Positions 13,031 through 23,137 of a DNA stretch of 64,000 bases are shown in pieces. The position numbers were made by a program, and so were the translations under genes. Under the pieces are notes generated by a model. That model was not told the DNA's origin. It saw only the letters and a program-made list of their open reading frames with translations, and did not search any database. The stretch comes from Mustelus asterias (Eukaryota), in assembly GCF_964213995.1 (NCBI RefSeq), contig NW_027590121.1, forward strand, positions 1,736,001 through 1,800,000, written 5' to 3'. Position 1 is the stretch's first letter, and the number at the start of each line of letters is the position of its first letter.

Positions 13031-13479
13031 TACTTGAATCCAAAATTGTCCTGATGGATTCAGACAGCATTATCACAATATTCCAAACGTGTTTTTTCCA
13101 GGAATAGATTCAGCGCCTGCATCACTGGAGGCCAGAGATACTCTCCTCAAACTCGGCTCATGTGAGGAATCCCTCCAATGAGGCTCAGGAATGCGCCAAC
13201 CAGAGTCACGTGACAACCAAGTGTGTAACTGAACAAACTAGCGCAACGTTGAAGATGTGTTTCAGTGTGAAATGATTTGTTTAACCTGTTGCTTCAGATT
13301 TGAGAGAAAATGTCCCTTTCTGGGGTAATTTGACCTTGACCCAGGCACTTTTCAGATCGGAAAGTGATGGCCTTTAGCACAATCACAAGGCTGCACAATA
13401 CAGAGGGAACACTAATCTGTTTCATTCTGAAACTATGTCGTGGTTACACGAGTGATACTTTCCACTAATTAGCTGCCAG

Positions 13480-14062
13480 CACCATGCAGACGCGATGACA
13501 ACGGATGAATGAACACCGCTCGACAATCACCAGGCAAGACTGTTCTCCTCATGTGGGGGAGCACTTCAGCAGTCACGGGCATTCAGCCTCTGATCTTCGG
13601 GTAAGCGTTCTCCAAGGTGGCCTTCACGACACACGACAACGCAGAGTCGCTGAGCAGAAACTGATAGCCAAGTTCCGCACATGAGGACGGCCTAAACCAG
13701 GAACTTGGGTTTATCACACTATCAGTAACCCCCACAGCTTGCCTGGACTTGCAAAATCTCACTGGCTGTCCTGTCTGGAGACAATACACATCTCTTTAAC
13801 CTGTGCTTAATGCTCCCTCCATCTCTTTAACCTGTGCTTAATGCTCCCTCCACTCACATTGTCTGTATCTTTAAGACCTGGCTGGCTGTAGAGATTCGCA
13901 TTCTAATCAGTATTCTGTAACTTGATTTCCGTGTCTCTGTGCCCTGCTTGAGAGCAGATTTCCACTCCATCTGACGAAGGAGCAGCGCTCCGAAAGCTAA
14001 TGGTATTTGCTACCAAATAAACCTGTTGGACTTTAACCTGGTGTTGTTCAATCTCTTACTAT
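13480..14062 (+). mobile_element. Penelope-like element 3' fragment (GIY-YIG C-terminus plus terminal repeat)
   Basis: Encodes RMNEHRSTI...GEHF...RRVAEQKLIAKFRT-type GIY-YIG end; the terminal repeat carries a hammerhead motif. Confidence 0.85.
13967..14003 (+). ncRNA. Minimal type I hammerhead ribozyme in Penelope terminal repeat
   Basis: CCAT-CTGACGA-A-GGAGC agc GCTCC-GAA-AGCT-A-ATGG: stem I, catalytic core, stem II and palindromic stem III. Confidence 0.75.
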
Positions 14063-14311
14063 GAATATCTTTGCCAGTGCAGTGCCGGGTCCTGTTGAGA
14101 GTTCCTGAATTAAAAAAATCACATATGGTGCATTCAAAAAGGGACACAGCAACCCTGAAAATCAGTGACATTTCAGAACATTAAACTTCAGCCAGTTGTA
14201 GTGATTGTTAATGTCAGCAGAAACAAACCAAATATTGTCAGACTATCAATCCTGGATGTGATTAACAGCAGCAGTAACTGCAAAATCCAACTCCTGCAGA
14301 CAATTGTGAAC

Positions 14312-15238
14312 TTACAGATGTGTCAGCAAGTGGGATGACCGAGTGTATCCCTTCCCACACACAGAGCAGGTGAATGGCCTCTCCCCAGTGTGGGTGAGCT
14401 CGTGTAAATGCAGGCTGCCAGACTGAGTGAATCCCTTCCCACACATGGAGCAAGTGAATGGTCTCTCCCCAGTGTGAGTGCGTTGATGTGCAGTGAGGAT
14501 TGATAACTGCCTGAAACTCTTTCCACAGTATGTGCAAATAAATGGCTTCTCCTCAGTGTGAATTCACTGATGTGACAGGAGGCCGGATGAATTGGTGAAT
14601 TCCCTCCCACACGTGGAACAGGTGAACGGCCTTTCCCCAGTGTGAACTCGCTTGTGTGCACTGAGGTTGGATGAAGACCTGAACCTCTTTCCACAGGAAG
14701 TGCAGCTGAACGGTCTCTCCTCTGTGTGAACTCGCTGGTGTGACAGCAGGTTAGATGACAGAGTGAATCTCTTACCACACACAGAACAGGTGAATGGCTT
14801 CTCTCCTGTGCGAATTCGCTGGTGTGACCAAAGACCGGATGGCCCAGCAAAATCCTTCCCACACAAGGAGCAGGTGAACGATCTCTCCCCAGTGTGAACT
14901 CGCTGATGTGCACTGAGGTTGGATGAACATGAGAACCCCTTTCCACAGGTGGAGCAGCTGAACGGCCTCTCCTCAGTGTGAATTCGCTGGTGTAACAGCA
15001 GGTGGGATGAGGTAGTGAATCCTTTCCCACACACAGAACAGATGAATGGCCTCTCTCCAGTGTGACTGTGTCTATGGTTTTCCAGCAAGTATGGATAATT
15101 GAATCCTTTACCACAATCATCACATTTCCATGGTTTCTCCATTTTCCCAGCCCCAATGTGACCGTGTCGATGGGTTTCCAACCGGGATGGATGATTGAAT
15201 CCTTTACCACAATCCTCACATTTCCACGGTTTGTCCAC
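14312..15238 (-). pseudogene. C2H2 zinc-finger gene with premature stops
   Basis: The finger array is cut by CGA>TGA at 14564-14566 (paralog at about 60470 has CGA) and by a second TAA near 14312; fingers continue in frame between them. Internal ATG at 15142. Confidence 0.8.
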
Positions 15239-16221
15239 GGTGCTGGTGTCCTTCTGTCTCTCCAGGTTGGATGATTAGTTGAAGCCTCATCCACATATAC
15301 ACCATGTGTATGGTTTCTCCCCACTGTGAATGGTGTGATGTTTTTCAGGCTGTGTTACTGGTTAAAGCTCGATTCACAGTCAGTTCACTGGAGTGTGTGT
15401 GTGTATGTGTGTCTCAGTTCTTTTTCTGTCACATTGAATTTTGAAATTTTCTCCCACTGACAAAACAGGGAATGATTTCTCCCTCCACTGTCAAAAGCAA
15501 TCATATTCAGGTCATGATGAATCGAATGGCTCTGTCAGACTTTGATCTGAAGTTTAGTTTGAGTTTCCTGTCTGTGAATCCTCCTCTTGTAGCTCCCTGC
15601 AAAAAGAGTTTTAAAAAACTACTTCAGAACTGACAATTTCAGTTTCCACGAAACATTTCTCCATCTTATTTATCTTGAGCTGTAATCCCCATCCCACACA
15701 CTCTCTCTTGTCCCTCAGCTGAAATCAAACTCATTGCCCCATCTCCACTCTGAGCTCAGCTCCCTCTCCCTCCAGCTGGATTCAGTCCTCCAGACCATGT
15801 GCAGATTGAGAGTACAATCAAGGAGTCAATTATTTTCCTTCCAAGTCAGGGGACGTGCAGCCCCACTGACTCTGTTGTTACCACAATAGTCACATGTGCT
15901 CTGCCCACCAATGAAACACCACAGTGACCATTAACATGGGCCTGTTCCGAGGAAAGGCTCCATTTTATTTGTGCCACAACAGCAGGGGAATTACCTCCTG
16001 CACAGGCACAAAGGTATCATCAGTCACAGAAAATAATTGCAGCTGGTGTCTCAAACCTCATTTTACCATTTGCTCCCAGACATTCTCAATTCAATTTTGA
16101 AATGCAAACTGAAATCTGGCATTTTGTGGTAAATTAAAAACACATTCTCATGGTCATTTTCAGAATGACTATTCCCGAGAACTAATTCCCAAGTCAGTAA
16201 ATTAAAATTCTCATCAGCAAT

Positions 16222-16553
16222 GACGGCAGCACAGTGGTTAGCACTGCTGCCTCACAGCTCCAGGGACCTGGGTTTGATTCCCAACTTGGGTCACTGTCTG
16301 TGTGGAGTCTGCCCGTTCTTCCCATGTCGGCGTGCGTTTTCTCCAGATGCTCCGGTTACCTCCCATCATCCAAAGATGCGCCAGTTAGGTGCATTGGCCG
16401 TGCTAAATTGCCTCTTCGTGTCCTGGGATGAGTAGGTTAGAGGGATTAGCAGGTTACATATGTGGGGTTACGGGAACAGGGCCGAGGTGGGATTGTTGTT
16501 GGTGCAGACTCGATGGGCCGAATAACCTCCTTCAGCACTGTAGGGATTCTATG
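16222..16553 (+). mobile_element. HE1-like SINE
   Basis: Full head and tail; absent from the paralogous site at about 58925. Confidence 0.85.
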
Positions 16554-16949
16554 AAATACTTTGGGAGAATTGCTATTTTAATGGGTATTTTCACAAATGC
16601 TATAAAATGATTTTTCAAAACAAATTAATATTTTCTTCAACAGATGATGAATAAATAAAACGTATTTAATAAAACAACCACCCAGTGTGGGGTTCAGGAT
16701 TCTAACTCGGGGTTTCTGAGCTCCAGGAACCACTAACTGAACCAGCCAGGAATTGTCTCCACAAAACTTCCCCAACTCCCTCCCGGGAAAAAGCTGCAAA
16801 CTCGGGAGCTGCAGCTTTTTACTGGGGGTGTTGGGGCCTCCAGCGGGTGTTTGTGAATCCTCCCCGCCCACCTCCCAGGGTTTCCTTCCTTCCCAGAGAT
16901 CAGAGTCCTCATTGATTTGAGGCCAAAGTGTAACCTCTTATTTATTGTC

Positions 16950-17600
16950 CCCCTCCCCCATCCTCTGATGTGAACCATCCTCCAGTGGCTGAGCCAGGAT
17001 GGGGCCGTTAACCTGGGCCTGTTCCCGGGAGGGAGGGAGAAGCCCCGCAGCTGCAAACCAGGGAGCTGACAATGATTCTGAAGGGTTTGCGGATCCACAA
17101 AGTGTTTCCAAATCCTCCCAGCCACCGCCTAACGCTGACTCCGCTTCTCCGGGACAAACAAGCGCCAAGGACAGCAATGACACTGCGCATGCTCCACATC
17201 ACAATGCCCGGGGACTGATTGACGGCAGCTCCGGTCCAATAGGAAGAGGGGGCAGGACTGGGGGACCGAGCGGGAGCGGCTGGTCCTCCAACCAATCGGA
17301 GTGAACGAGGGGCGGGACCTGAAGCATGCGCAGTACGGGTAATGGCGACGGACAGACGGATGGTTTTTACTCGGAAGCGAGATCAATCCGAGGTAGAGGG
17401 CGGCGTGCGGGGAATCTTAAATGTGGCGGGTGGGTGGAGAGACTTTGTAAACATGTTGTTCAAACCCAAACCCCGGAAATGAACTTCCCGGTCCCCCCCT
17501 TTGTACCAAATGGAGCGGCAGCTTGTAGTGTTAGACCCGGGCTGACTGCCGCCATTGAGGCTGCATGTGGGAGGCCGGCAGGGATTGTGATCGGAGAGTG
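16950..17600. promoter_or_regulatory. CpG-rich promoter cassette
   Basis: CCAAT boxes (about 17237, 17292), GC box GGGGCGGG, GCGCATGC motifs and ETS-like CCGGAA. Inverted copies at about 37620-38260 and 58190-58550. Confidence 0.6.
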
Positions 17601-17607
17601 AAGCCCT

Positions 17608-17770
17608 GACGTCACAATGGAATGGGTGAGGGTGTGACGTTACAATGGAATGGGTGAGTGTGACATCACAATGGAATGGGTGAGAGTGTGACATCACAAT
17701 GGAATGGGTGCGAGTGTGATGTCACAATGGAATGGGTGATAGTGTGACGTCACAATGGAATGGGTGAGGG
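17608..17770 (+). repeat. 28-bp tandem repeat x6 containing TGACGTCA (CRE-like)
   Basis: Unit TGAC(G/A)TCACAATGGAATGGGTGAGAGTG; about 4 copies in the paralog at 37500-37610. Confidence 0.9.
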
Positions 17771-17821
17771 TTCCAGATGAGCTGAGACTGGGCTGGAGTC
17801 GGGCGATGACACTGACATGTG

Positions 17822-18115
17822 ACCCGGTGGCACAGTGGTTAGTGCAGCTGCCTAACAGCGCCAGGGACCCGGGTTCAATTCCAGCCTCGGGTCATTGTCT
17901 GTGCAGAGTTTCTACATTCTCCCCGTGTCTGTGTGGGTTTCCTCCGGGTGTTCCGGTTTCCTTCCACAGTCCAAAGATGTGCTGGTTCGACGGATTGGCC
18001 ATGATAAATTGCCACTTGGTATCAGGGGGATTAACAGGTAAATATGTGGTTAGGGCCTGGATGGGATTGTTGTCGGTGCAGGCTCAATGGGCTGAATGGC
18101 CTCCTTCCACACTGT
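17822..18115 (+). mobile_element. HE1-like SINE
   Basis: tRNA-like head; orthologous inverted copy at 37155-37447. Confidence 0.85.
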
Positions 18116-18744
18116 ATTTTATTATTCATTATTGTTAATTAATTACTATTAATGCATCTATGAATGAAGGTGGTCTTGATGATGATGTGGACATGTGGCT
18201 GGAAGCTCATCTTGGGATGAACTATTTCACCCTGGTTGTGAACAGCCTGGTTCAGCCTCAGACAGTTGCCAGGAGGAGAGATAAAGTTGTTGGTGAGGGA
18301 GTGGAGTTTGTAGTGGGGACTGAACACAATGGGTTCAGTCTTCCCAGTATTTATATGAAATAAATTTCTGTTCTTTCAGTACTGGATGTCAGACAAGTCA
18401 GGATGGTGTGTGAGTTGGAGAGGAACTTGGAGCTGATGATGTTCACAGGGTTTGGAAATTCATAGAAATCATAAAAACCCTACAGTGCAGAAGGAGGCCA
18501 TTCGGCCCATCGAGTCTGCACCGACCACAATCCCACCCAGGCCCTTCCCCCATATCCCTACATATTTTACCCACTAATCCCTCTAACCTACGCATCTCAG
18601 GACTCTGAGGGGCAATTTTTAGCATGGCCAATCAACCTAACCCGCACATCTTTGAATTCTGTCAAAGTTCCTGTTGATTTGTAGATGTATAAAATCTCTC
18701 TCCTCACCTCCGGCCTCTCCTACTTCTCTCTGTTTCCACTCAGA

Positions 18745-19133
18745 GTGTGGAGATGCCGGCGTTGGACTGGGGTAAGCACGGAAAGAAGTCTCACAACACC
18801 AGGTTAAAGTCCAACAGGTTTATTTGGTAGCATAAGCCACAGGCTTTTGGAGCGCTGCCCCTTCATCAGGTGAGTGGGAGTTCTGTTCACAAACAGGGCA
18901 CAGAGACACAAACTCAATTTTCAAGATAATGGTTGGAATGCGAGTCTTTACAGGTATTCAAGTCTTAAAGGTACAGACAATGTGAGTGGAGAGAGGGTTA
19001 AGCACAGGTTAAAGAGATGTGTATTGTCTCTAGCCAGGACAGTTAGTGAGATTTTGCAAGTCCAGGCAAGTCGTGGGGGTTACAGATAGTGTGACATGAA
19101 CCCAAGATCCCGGTTGAGGCCGTCCTCATGTGT
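18745..19133 (-). mobile_element. Penelope-like terminal-repeat fragment
   Basis: Reverse complement of the 13680-14060 family sequence; orthologous copy at 36340-36726. Confidence 0.8.
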
Positions 19134-19349
19134 GATTGACAGATCCATGCTCACTGCTTCCTGCCCTGGACGCAGAGTGCTGAAACTTTCCATGCAGGCT
19201 GCCAGACAGATAAATGTCTACATTACTGGAGTAAAAATGTGTGGAATATACAGATTCACTTCATTCCCTTCAGTTGCTGCAAGTCCCCAATTTCCCCCAG
19301 AATGAGGAAAGAAATGGAAAGGGGGAGAAAAGAAAAAGAAAAGAAAAGA

Positions 19350-19834
19350 TGTTGCCCAGAGGCGGAAGTTTCACTCTGAAGCTTATTGGCCAACGTCCGC
19401 ATTGTGACGCCACGATAGAGCGTCTGAATCAGCCAATAGGAATCTCTCTGCTCCGCAGTGACGTCTCCGGGTTCCAGTGCGCAGGCCCGGGCGCGCGGAC
19501 CCGGGAGCCCCGCCCCCACCCATTGTTCCCCTCCCCCTACACCACATCGAACCAAGGTTTCCAGGCACCGGCTGACGGCTCCGTCAGAGAAGCCGCTCGG
19601 GGATCTCCCCCTCTCCCCGGCCCGGGACTGCAAATGTGCGAGGGAGAGGGGAAGCTGCGCATGTGCGGGGGAGAACCCACCCTCTGATCTTCATGCTGAG
19701 GTGTTGACCAATGGGAAGAGTTGGAGGACCGGAAGGACTCTGGTCTTCCACCCAATCAGAGCGCGGGCTTTGTGTGAATGAAGATTGATCTTCAGATAGA
19801 CTGAAACTTCCTCCTGTCGCCAACATCTGTGAGT
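19350..19834. promoter_or_regulatory. Bidirectional-looking CpG promoter with exon-1 end and splice donor (GTGAGT at 19829-19834)
   Basis: CCAAT/ATTGG boxes on both strands, TGACGT, GC boxes and TGCGCATG; homologous intron-like sequence leaves from both ends. Inverted copy at about 35600-36130. Confidence 0.6.
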
Positions 19835-21697
19835 GGGAAAGATTGGATTGTCCAGCCAGTCCACCATATTGGCCGTTCGCTTTGCGTGTTGGCCAGTATA
19901 GTGTGCTCCAGGCAGGGGGCGGGCAGAGGATAAGGAGTTCAAGGCGGGCTTAATGCGCGCCTTGCGGTGAGCTTTTGGAAATGTGGCCGCTGGGAGGAGC
20001 GCCTTGGTCGGCGTGAAGTTTCTGTTTCAAGTGCTTGGGTTCGTGACTTGTGCAAGAACTTTTTGTTTCGGCTGGGGCTTGTTGAATGCTGCTCTCGCTG
20101 GGATTCCTGTGCCTTGAAAGGCGTGGCCCAGGTAGATGCAATCTCGGAAGACCCAAGCCAGGGAGGAGCCATTTGGGAACTATGGTTTCGGAAGGTTCAG
20201 CCGCGGAAGGTGTGACCCCAGACGGTGCAGCCCCAGTGGGTGTGATTTTGGAAGTTCTGGCCCGGAGTGGTGGACTTTGGAGGACTGTAGTTGAGCGTTG
20301 TCGACTTCGGACGGTGGAATGTTGATGGGCGAAGCTCTGGAAGGCGATGCCTCCGAAATGTTTCACAATTGTATGGTTGTTCATGGATTGTTTGTTATTG
20401 TAATATGTGGTTTTCCTGTTATGATAGTTGGTGGTTTGTTCCGGCCCCCGTCTATTTTCTTGCGTTATTTGTGGCCTGGGGGGCATCCCCCCCTGGATAA
20501 AGTCACCCCCGGGGGGTGTGACATCCACTTGGGGAAAGTTCTGGGTGGTGAAGCCCCGGACATAGTAACACCAGAGGGATTTTTATTCTCCGGGAGAAAA
20601 ATTGGGAAGGCAGGCCCGAACTGAGTACCCTGGAGAGACTCTCCCACCGCCCCGGCTGAAATTCCGGAAGGGATTCCGGATTGAGTAGGTTCGGGGTGGT
20701 TTCCCCCATTTCCCCCCTCCGGCTGAACATCCGTAAGGTGTAACCCCCGGATATGAGTACCACTGGAGGGTTGCATCCCCCGGCAGGTGGACAAACCCAG
20801 GGGACGGTGCCCTTATGCTTCAGTGTTTATTTTTTGTTGTGTACAGTTGTAGTGTTGTGTTAATGTTTGTAGATTTGTAGATTATGATTTGTAAATGGAG
20901 GTGTATTTTGAGGGCAATGCCCTGGAAAACTGTAATTGATGATGAACCCTTCCGAAATGGAAGGTAGTAATTGATAAATGGATGGTGTTAGCCATTGGTA
21001 ATGTATTTTTCAGATTTGTTCTTTGTTCATTTGTAATTGTTTTGTAATATCGTGTTTGTACTAACCAACGGAAAATCTTTGCATTGTTTGTGGCCTGGGG
21101 GGTATCCCCCTCCCCCCCCCCCTGGATAGAGTGACCCCCGGGGGGTGTGACATCCAGTTGGGGAAAGTGTCCGGGGCACCCAGAGGGGTAACACCGGGGG
21201 GGTTTTGTTCTCCGGGAGAAAAATTGGGAAGGCAGGCCGAATTGAGTATCCCGGAGAGCTTTTCCCACCGCCCCAGCCGAAAATCCGGAAGGCAGTCCGG
21301 ATTGAGTAGGTTCGGGGTGGTTTTCCTGTCCCCCCGCCTCCAGTCGAACATCCGTCAGGTGGAACCCCCGGACCTGAGTACCTCTGGAGGGTTGCATCCC
21401 CCGGCAGGGGAAAAACCCAGGGGACGGTGCCCTTATGCTTCAGTGTTTATTTTTTGTTGTGTACAGTTGTAGTGTTGTGTTAATGTTTGTAGATTTGTAG
21501 ATTATGATTTGTAAATGGAGGTGTATTTTGAGGGCAATGCCCTGGAAAACTGTAATTGATGATGAACCCTTCCGAAATGGAAGGTAGTAACTGATAAATG
21601 GATGGCGTTAGCCACTGGTAATGTATTTTTTTCACATTTGTTCTTTGTGTATTTGTAATTGTTTTGTATTAACGTATTTGTAATAAACAAAAAGAAA
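19835..21697 (+). mobile_element. Unclassified A-tailed element, copy 1 (with internal duplication of the 3' module)
   Basis: Starts right after GCCAACATCTGTGAGT and ends AATAAACAAAAAGAAA; absent at the paralogous empty site (about 35595-35630). Confidence 0.7.
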
Positions 21698-21712
21698 CCA
21701 ACATCTGTGAGT

Positions 21713-22951
21713 GGGAAAGATTGGATTGTCCAGCCAGTCCACCATATTGGCCGTTCGCTTTGCGTGTTGGCCAGTATAGTGTGCTCCAGGCAGGGGGCGG
21801 GCAGAGGATAAGGAGTTCAAGGCGGGCTTAATGCGCGCCTTGCGGTGAGCTTTTGGAAATGTGGCCGCTGGGAGGAACGCCTTGGTCGGCGTGAAGTTTC
21901 TGTTTCAAGTGCTTGGGTTCGTGACTTGTGCAAGAACTTTTTGTTTCGGCTGGGGCTTGTTGAATGCTGCTCTCGCTGGGATTCCTGTGCCTCGAAAGGC
22001 GTGGCCCAGGTAGATGCAATCTCGGAAGACCCAAGCCAATAAGGAGCCATTTGGGAACTATGGTTTCGGAAGGTTCAGCCGCGGAAGGTGTGACCGCAGA
22101 CGGTGCAGCCCCAGTGGGTGTGATTTTGGAAGTTCTGGCCCGGAGTGGTGGACTTTGGAGGACTGTAGTTGAGCGTTGTCGACTTCGGACGGTGGAATGT
22201 TGATGGGCGAAGCTCTGGAAGGCGATGCCTCCGAAATGTTTCACAATTGTATGGTTGTTCATGGATTGTTTGTTATTGTAATATGTGGTTTTCCTGTTAT
22301 GATAGTTGGTGGTTTGTTCCGGCCCCCGTCTATTTTCTTGCGGTATTTGTGGCCTGGGGGGCATCCCCCCCTGGATAAAGTCACCCCCGGGGGGTGTGAC
22401 ATCCACTTGGGGAAAGTTCTGGGTGGTGAAGCCCCGGACATAGTAACACCAGAGGGATTTTTATTCTCCGGGAGAAAAATTGGGAAGGCAGGCCCGAACT
22501 GAGTACCCTGGAGAGACTCTCCCACCGCCCCGGCTGAAATTCCGGAAGGGATTCCGGATTGAGTAGGCGGGGTGGTTTCCCCATTTCCCCCTCCGACTGA
22601 ACATCCGTAAGGTGTAACCCCCGGATATGAGTACCACTGGAGGGTTGCATCCCCCGGCAGGTGGACAAACCCAGGGGACGGTGCCCTTATGCTTCAGTGT
22701 TTATTTTTTGTTGTGTACAGTTGTAGTGTTGTGTTAATGTTTGTAGATTTGTAGATTATGATTTGTAAATGGAGGTGTATTTTGAGGGCAACATGCACTG
22801 GAAAACTGTAATTGACGATGAACCCTTCCGAAATGGAAGGTAGTAACTGATAAATGGATGGCGTTAGCCATTGGTAATGTATTTTTTCACATTTGTTCTT
22901 TGTGTATTTGTAATTGTTTTGTATTAACGTATTTGTAATAAACAAAAAGAA
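21713..22951 (+). mobile_element. Unclassified A-tailed element, copy 2 (about 1.24 kb, single 3' module)
   Basis: Near-identical to copy 1 at offset 1878, with the same 5' start GGGAAAGATTGG and the same tail. Confidence 0.7.
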
Positions 22952-23066
22952 ACCAACAGTGTTGTTGGGTGTGTTAGCAGCATTGAATTTGCTGCTGCAA
23001 ATCGTCAACATTTCTTTGCATGTGAAAGCACTGGTTGAAAGAACTGAGCAGCTTTCTCTGCCCTGT

Positions 23067-23137
23067 GCATTGGTGGTTCAGTGGTAGAATTCTTGCCTGT
23101 CATGCGGGAGGCCTGGGTTCGATTCCTGGGCAATGCA
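23067..23137 (+). tRNA. tRNA-Gly(GCC)-derived copy with GTC anticodon, probably a pseudogene
   Basis: 71 nt with 6 differences from vertebrate tRNA-Gly-GCC as recalled (4 CpG>TpG, anticodon GCC>GTC at 23099-23101, one acceptor-stem mismatch). A/B boxes are intact and TTTT follows at about 23148. Confidence 0.9.

Noticed and set aside
19950-20528. 192-aa minus-strand ORF (and its copy at 21828-22406) as a novel or viral protein
   Set aside because: No recognisable domain; it is antisense to the polyA-tail polarity, and its conservation is explained by recent duplication.
20590-20770. Hairpin or hammerhead ribozyme, or a 5S rRNA gene
   Set aside because: It resembles hairpin loop B but lacks A38, C25 and loop A equivalents; CUGAGUA lacks hammerhead G8; similarity to 5S is limited to the loop E region, with no 5' half or box C.
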